Part shown: positions 32,927 to 36,490 of the stretch, piece by piece
How positions within the stretch are numbered: the first letter of the stretch is position 1
Layout: each line of letters begins with the position of its first letter
From: a virus
Lineage: Duplodnaviria > Caudoviricetes
Reading direction: 5' to 3' (one strand)
Virus record (IMG/VR): IMGVR_UViG_3300031965_000092
Span: 1 to 36,490 of that record
Length of the DNA: 36,490 nucleotides
Notes under the pieces: model-generated
The model's database searches: none
Seen by the model: the letters and a program-made list of their open reading frames with translations, nothing else
What the model was told of the DNA's origin: nothing
Made by a program: the position numbers and the translations under genes

Positions 32927-33538
32927 TTAAACATTACTTTTTGGCACTTTTACCTTTGCCATTTTGGCTCTCAATTCCTCAACTGTTATGCCTAAATTTT
33001 CAGCAACCCTTACTGTGTTTTCTTCTTCGGTTTGCTCTCGGTATGGCTCTTGCTTTTGCTTTCCTTCTAATGCTGAGGAGGCGGAGTTGGCGTCAGCCAA
33101 AACGACGCCCTCCTCTCTAGTATCAGTCTTAGTACTGACTAGGTGGGTCTCTGTGAACCGCTTTCTAGGTCTATTTGAACCGCGTTCATTATCATTTTGA
33201 ACCGCATTCTGTTCAGATTGAACCGCGTTCTTATATGGGAAATTTTTATAAAATAGCTCAAGATTGATTGAATATTGATTAGAATAATTGCGCCATGCTT
33301 TAGGTGGTCGCCAGACAGATATGTAATTTTTATGCTCAAGTAAGGCAATCGATCGTTTAACCGTACTGATCGAAATTCCAGCAATTTCAGCAATCGCTTC
33401 TCTTGAAACTCGAATGTTATTGTTGGTATTTCCGAAGACAAGCAAAGCACAAAAGACACCAAATTCATGCTTTTCGAATAAATTCTTATCAAGAAATTTT
33501 ATTGATTGTATAAGATACTGCGTGTTAAACTTTGCCAT
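32927..33538 (-). CDS. Replication initiator (HTH) upstream of DnaB
   Basis: SREAIAEIAGISISTVKRSIALLEHKNYI HTH, NQYSIN; internal iterons. Confidence 0.75.
   Translation of the reverse strand: MAKFNTQYLIQSIKFLDKNLFEKHEFGVFCALLVFGNTNNNIRVSREAIAEIAGISISTVKRSIALLEHKNYISVWRPPKAWRNYSNQYSINLELFYKNFPYKNAVQSEQNAVQNDNERGSNRPRKRFTETHLVSTKTDTREEGVVLADANSASSALEGKQKQEPYREQTEEENTVRVAENLGITVEELRAKMAKVKVPKSNV
33154..33230. repeat. Four iterons TGAACCGCNTTC (putative origin)
   Basis: Starts at 33154, 33176, 33198, 33219 (spacing 22, 22, 21 bp). Confidence 0.8.
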
Positions 33539-33565
33539 ACAAATCCTTAGTGTTTAAAAGTTGTT

Positions 33566-33599
33566 AAGACCCCTCCCGCAAAGAGGGGTTTTTATTTTA
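33566..33599 (+). terminator. Intrinsic terminator hairpin, U-tract on the + (antisense) strand
   Basis: ACCCCTC-CCGCAAA-GAGGGGT followed by TTTTATTTT. Confidence 0.65.
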
Positions 33600-34019
33600 T
33601 GCTGTTTGCTGGATGTCCTCATCATAAATATAGAAATGCATGGGCTGGGATGGCACATCGGTAATATTCTCAACTATCCAACCATTTGTATGACGCTTAA
33701 CATCTCGGCCTTCTTGCTTAAGCCATTCAATTTTCGCAGCATACGGTTGCCAATGCTTAATTATCGCATTTAAACGCGCATCTCTTGCTTTCTTACTGTC
33801 GTAATAGTTAGTTCGCACAAAAATAGGATACCTGTCTTTTTGGCTTAAAAAATACTCACTTACATATTTTACCTGCAAGACATATCTTTCTATGTTTTTA
33901 TATTTTCCTTCTTCCAATCCTAAAATATGTTTCAGTGGGATAATCTCACCACCAAACCAAATATAATCGCGCATGAATATGCTCCTATGAGTATGGGGAG
34001 GTTTATTTCGTGATTCCAT
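33597..34019 (-). CDS. Hypothetical protein
   Basis: AGGAG RBS; 140 aa, possible internal start MRDYIW. Confidence 0.65.
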   Translation of the reverse strand: MESRNKPPHTHRSIFMRDYIWFGGEIIPLKHILGLEEGKYKNIERYVLQVKYVSEYFLSQKDRYPIFVRTNYYDSKKARDARLNAIIKHWQPYAAKIEWLKQEGRDVKRHTNGWIVENITDVPSQPMHFYIYDEDIQQTA

Positions 34020-34035
34020 CTGTTATAATTACTCC

Positions 34036-34151
34036 TGTTAGTTAGTCCAAGTAACTAGCACCCGCCTTGGTCGCAAAGACCGTAAACAAGTGCATGGGGC
34101 GTTAGTCGCGCCCCTTCACGCAATCATAGCTCAATTCATCTTTTCAGCCAA
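34036..34151 (-). promoter_or_regulatory. Promoter and structured leader for replication operon
   Basis: TTGGCT-17 bp-TATGAT (34151-34123); hairpins GGGGCG/CGCCCC and GCAC..GGTC-TTTGC-GACC..GTGC. Confidence 0.5.
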
Positions 34152-34298
34152 ATACTTAGCAATCGCTTTCAACACTAATCGCGCACGCTCACGCTCCAGC
34201 GGTGGTTGGCGCTCATCGTTTGCAATACGTGTGTTTAATTCTTGGTAAGATTGCATTAATTCTATCAACGTCATGTTTTTGCATGGTTTATACATCAT
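34131..34298 (-). CDS. Hypothetical protein (55 aa, not in ORF track)
   Basis: AAGGA RBS; MMYKPCKNMTLIELMQSY... Confidence 0.55.
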   Translation of the reverse strand: MMYKPCKNMTLIELMQSYQELNTRIANDERQPPLERERARLVLKAIAKYLAEKMN

Positions 34299-34329
34299 GA
34301 AATCCTTTTCATTTTGCGATAATGTCTAG

Positions 34330-34352
34330 TTATCAACAGAAATTGTGGATAA
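34330..34352. promoter_or_regulatory. Inverted pair of DnaA boxes
   Basis: TTATCAACA(34330-34338) and TGTGGATAA(34344-34352), intergenic. Confidence 0.6.
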
Positions 34353-35651
34353 CTACGGTCGCCACTGCGACATGGTACGCTGACTGTATAACACCTCCGA
34401 GCGATAACAATCATGCCAGCCTAACGCGAGATACCTCATTGCATCCGCAGCGTGCGACGCCCATGAATGCTTAGGCTTATTGTCATCCGCATATTCATAT
34501 TGCTTCAATGCATTAATACCATGTTTGCACTGCACTTGGTCAAACTGCAATATCGGGAAGATACTTCTTACCGCATTAATACCATCCATGATGGATATGT
34601 TAGGCACGACTTTAAAATAAAATCCACGGCTAGCCGCTTCATCAATTCTAGTGCGGCCGTTCGTCCATTCCTGCACCTTAATATCATGCGGCGCGAAATT
34701 AATGCCATTCTTGCAGCGTTGCCTTTCCATCCATCCCTTAGCATAACCAATATAATGATCCATGCCTTGACGGGTATTTTCATAATAATGGACAACCCAA
34801 ATCTTGCCCTCAGCCGCTTGGAAAAACCAAATGGATGTGGCATCCCTGACACCAATATCCCATGCGGTGTGAATGGGTAAATCAGACTTTGGCTGGAATG
34901 TGAGAAACTGCTTATTAGCCATCGCTTTGGCGATCTCCTCCTTGTAGACAGCGCCCACTAACGCAGACTCGAAACTTAAAAAGTACTCTTGCTGGATTAG
35001 CTCTTCTGGTGTACCCGAACGTCTGCGCTCTTCGATTTGTTCCATAGTAATAATCGGCGAGCCGTCTAGTTTTTTAGTCTGCGTAATATCAAGCTTTTGC
35101 ACAAACCATAATGGATTATCTTTATTAAGATCGTATAACTCATACCCATGGTTGTATCCCCGACTTGTGTAAGGGAACCAACCAAAGCCATTGTTCTCTG
35201 TTAATATCGGCGACAAGTAATGCCACGCTAAAGGATTCTGTAATGAATACTCATCAAAAATAATCCCCAATGGATTGCCACCCATGAGTGCATCATAACG
35301 ATCTGACCCACCAATATAAATGGATGATCCGTTGATCAAATCAACACGCATCTCTGTGTTGTTCTGGCCGGCTTTCAGCTCTTTAGGAACGTGATCCATA
35401 TAGCGCATACCATCACTATCCACATTATCCCAAATAGCACGACGTGCTTGTTTAAGCTCTGGGAAGCAATGATAGTAATTGCCAACACGTAACATGCCGG
35501 CAATAATTAAGCGGTTTAGGGATGTTTTGGATTTGCCTGCTCGGCGATGAATAAGATCAATGCCAAAAAGCTTCCCCTCAATAAATTGCGCTCTCAGGGA
35601 AGCTGACTGGTAATGCCTTGGTTTAAACTTATAAGGCAGTTTGATTAGCAT
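34353..35651 (-). CDS. Terminase large subunit
   Basis: HRRAGKS Walker A, GIIFDEY Walker B, QEYFLSF, AWDIG nuclease motif, SHAADAMRY. Confidence 0.93.
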   Translation of the reverse strand: MLIKLPYKFKPRHYQSASLRAQFIEGKLFGIDLIHRRAGKSKTSLNRLIIAGMLRVGNYYHCFPELKQARRAIWDNVDSDGMRYMDHVPKELKAGQNNTEMRVDLINGSSIYIGGSDRYDALMGGNPLGIIFDEYSLQNPLAWHYLSPILTENNGFGWFPYTSRGYNHGYELYDLNKDNPLWFVQKLDITQTKKLDGSPIITMEQIEERRRSGTPEELIQQEYFLSFESALVGAVYKEEIAKAMANKQFLTFQPKSDLPIHTAWDIGVRDATSIWFFQAAEGKIWVVHYYENTRQGMDHYIGYAKGWMERQRCKNGINFAPHDIKVQEWTNGRTRIDEAASRGFYFKVVPNISIMDGINAVRSIFPILQFDQVQCKHGINALKQYEYADDNKPKHSWASHAADAMRYLALGWHDCYRSEVLYSQRTMSQWRP

Positions 35652-35660
35652 TGTTAAGCC

Positions 35661-36098
35661 TTAAAATGGCAAGTCTTGGTCAAAGCCATCATCCTCTGGT
35701 GCTGCTGGTACGGCTGTTTGCGCTTGTTGCAAACCATCAGGCTTTACAAAATCCTTGACCACATTTTTAGGGAAATAGTTAGTACCAGGTTCTGGCTCTT
35801 CAACGATGATCTTGCAATGCCCTGTCTTACCAACACACATGCCAGCGTCAAGCTTGCCAGCCTTATAAGCATCCTCTAATCCAACGCGATCGCAAAAATG
35901 TTTCAAAAGGAATAAGTAATTTGCGCTAAGGTAACACTTTACTTCCTTACCCTTAACATCTAATTCCAGCTTAATAGAGTGATTGCCGGTCGTTTGTGAT
36001 GTATGTGGTGATGCATTTTTTACTTTAAACGGATAGACGCCTTCAGGTAATAAATCAAACAATTCGTTCTCATTTTTGGGTGTAAACGATAATGACAT
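35661..36098 (-). CDS. DUF669-like single-stranded DNA-binding protein
   Basis: LLPEGVY..V N-terminus; acidic tail EDDGFDQDLPF. Confidence 0.75.
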   Translation of the reverse strand: MSLSFTPKNENELFDLLPEGVYPFKVKNASPHTSQTTGNHSIKLELDVKGKEVKCYLSANYLFLLKHFCDRVGLEDAYKAGKLDAGMCVGKTGHCKIIVEEPEPGTNYFPKNVVKDFVKPDGLQQAQTAVPAAPEDDGFDQDLPF

Positions 36099-36107
36099 TT
36101 GGTACTC

Positions 36108-36490
36108 CTATTTAATTTCAAGTTTAAGTTTGTGAAATAGTTCAACACCATCAATGGTTTTACCTTCTTTGATAGCAGATTTAATCGCCGCTTTATCCAC
36201 ACGCTTAACCGGCTTTGGTGTGTACTCATACCAATAGGCGGCCGGTATGGCTTGCTCATTGACGATCTCAACAGACGGTGGATTATGCTTAATATTGATG
36301 GTAAATAACGGTGACTTTGTCACCTTAGCAATATTGCATTCTTTCATGCACGCGATTAACCATTCTTTTTGCCTGGCAATGCGATCATCTAGCTTGAGAA
36401 GACGGACTGACATGGCATCCATCGCATCATCAACCGCTTTTGCTTCGGCTTCCAGATTCTTAATATATTTTGCGTGCTCGATACATCGAT
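36108..36490 (-). CDS. Siphovirus Gp157-like protein, 3' part
   Basis: NPPSVEI..IPAAY..VDKAAIKSAIKEG..IDGVEL..LEIK. Confidence 0.85.
   Translation of the reverse strand, partial: RCIEHAKYIKNLEAEAKAVDDAMDAMSVRLLKLDDRIARQKEWLIACMKECNIAKVTKSPLFTINIKHNPPSVEIVNEQAIPAAYWYEYTPKPVKRVDKAAIKSAIKEGKTIDGVELFHKLKLEIK
36313..36490. repeat. Terminal overlap, right copy; last 51 bases are a diverged allele
   Basis: 36313-36439 equals 1-127; 36440-36490 differs from 128-178. Confidence 0.9.

Larger units (their letters stand above)
1..36490. mobile_element. Apparently complete tailed bacteriophage genome (podovirus-type virion module), circularly permuted contig
   Basis: Terminase, portal, capsid, tail tube, internal virion, fibre and replication genes are all present; the ends overlap; no host housekeeping genes seen. 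Confidence 0.95.

Noticed and set aside
36193-36201. DnaA box TTATCCACA
   Set aside because: Single copy explained by the conserved VDK codons of Gp157

Overview
The window is most likely one complete, circularly permuted tailed-phage genome of about 36.3 kb. Bases 1-127 recur exactly at 36313-36439, and a Gp157-like gene runs across the junction. The minus strand carries a podovirus virion module with T7-like gene order (portal, scaffold, major capsid, decoration, tail tube A/B, four internal virion proteins, tail fibre). It also carries a Sak4-type ATPase/Gp157/SSB recombination set, TerL, an initiator plus DnaB helicase, a VRR-NUC nuclease and TerS. The plus strand from 1.7 to 9.9 kb is a dense accessory operon of small genes (C5 methyltransferase, Csp, Lar-like, DUF551-like, Tad2/DUF2829-like) driven from overlapping divergent sigma70 promoters. 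I recognised no integrase, RNA or DNA polymerase, primase or canonical endolysin. The most unusual items are: (1) a structured ncRNA, an Sm-fold-like gene and an adenine-free hexamer repeat gene, with the two genes bounded by 21-bp direct repeats (2866-3576); (2) two non-canonical tRNA-like cloverleaves in the same operon; (3) two separate initiator genes, each with internal iterons, one also with DnaA boxes and a switchable leader; (4) TerL separated from TerS by the replication module; (5) several small-protein paralogue families. All family calls come from motif recognition by eye, not database searches.
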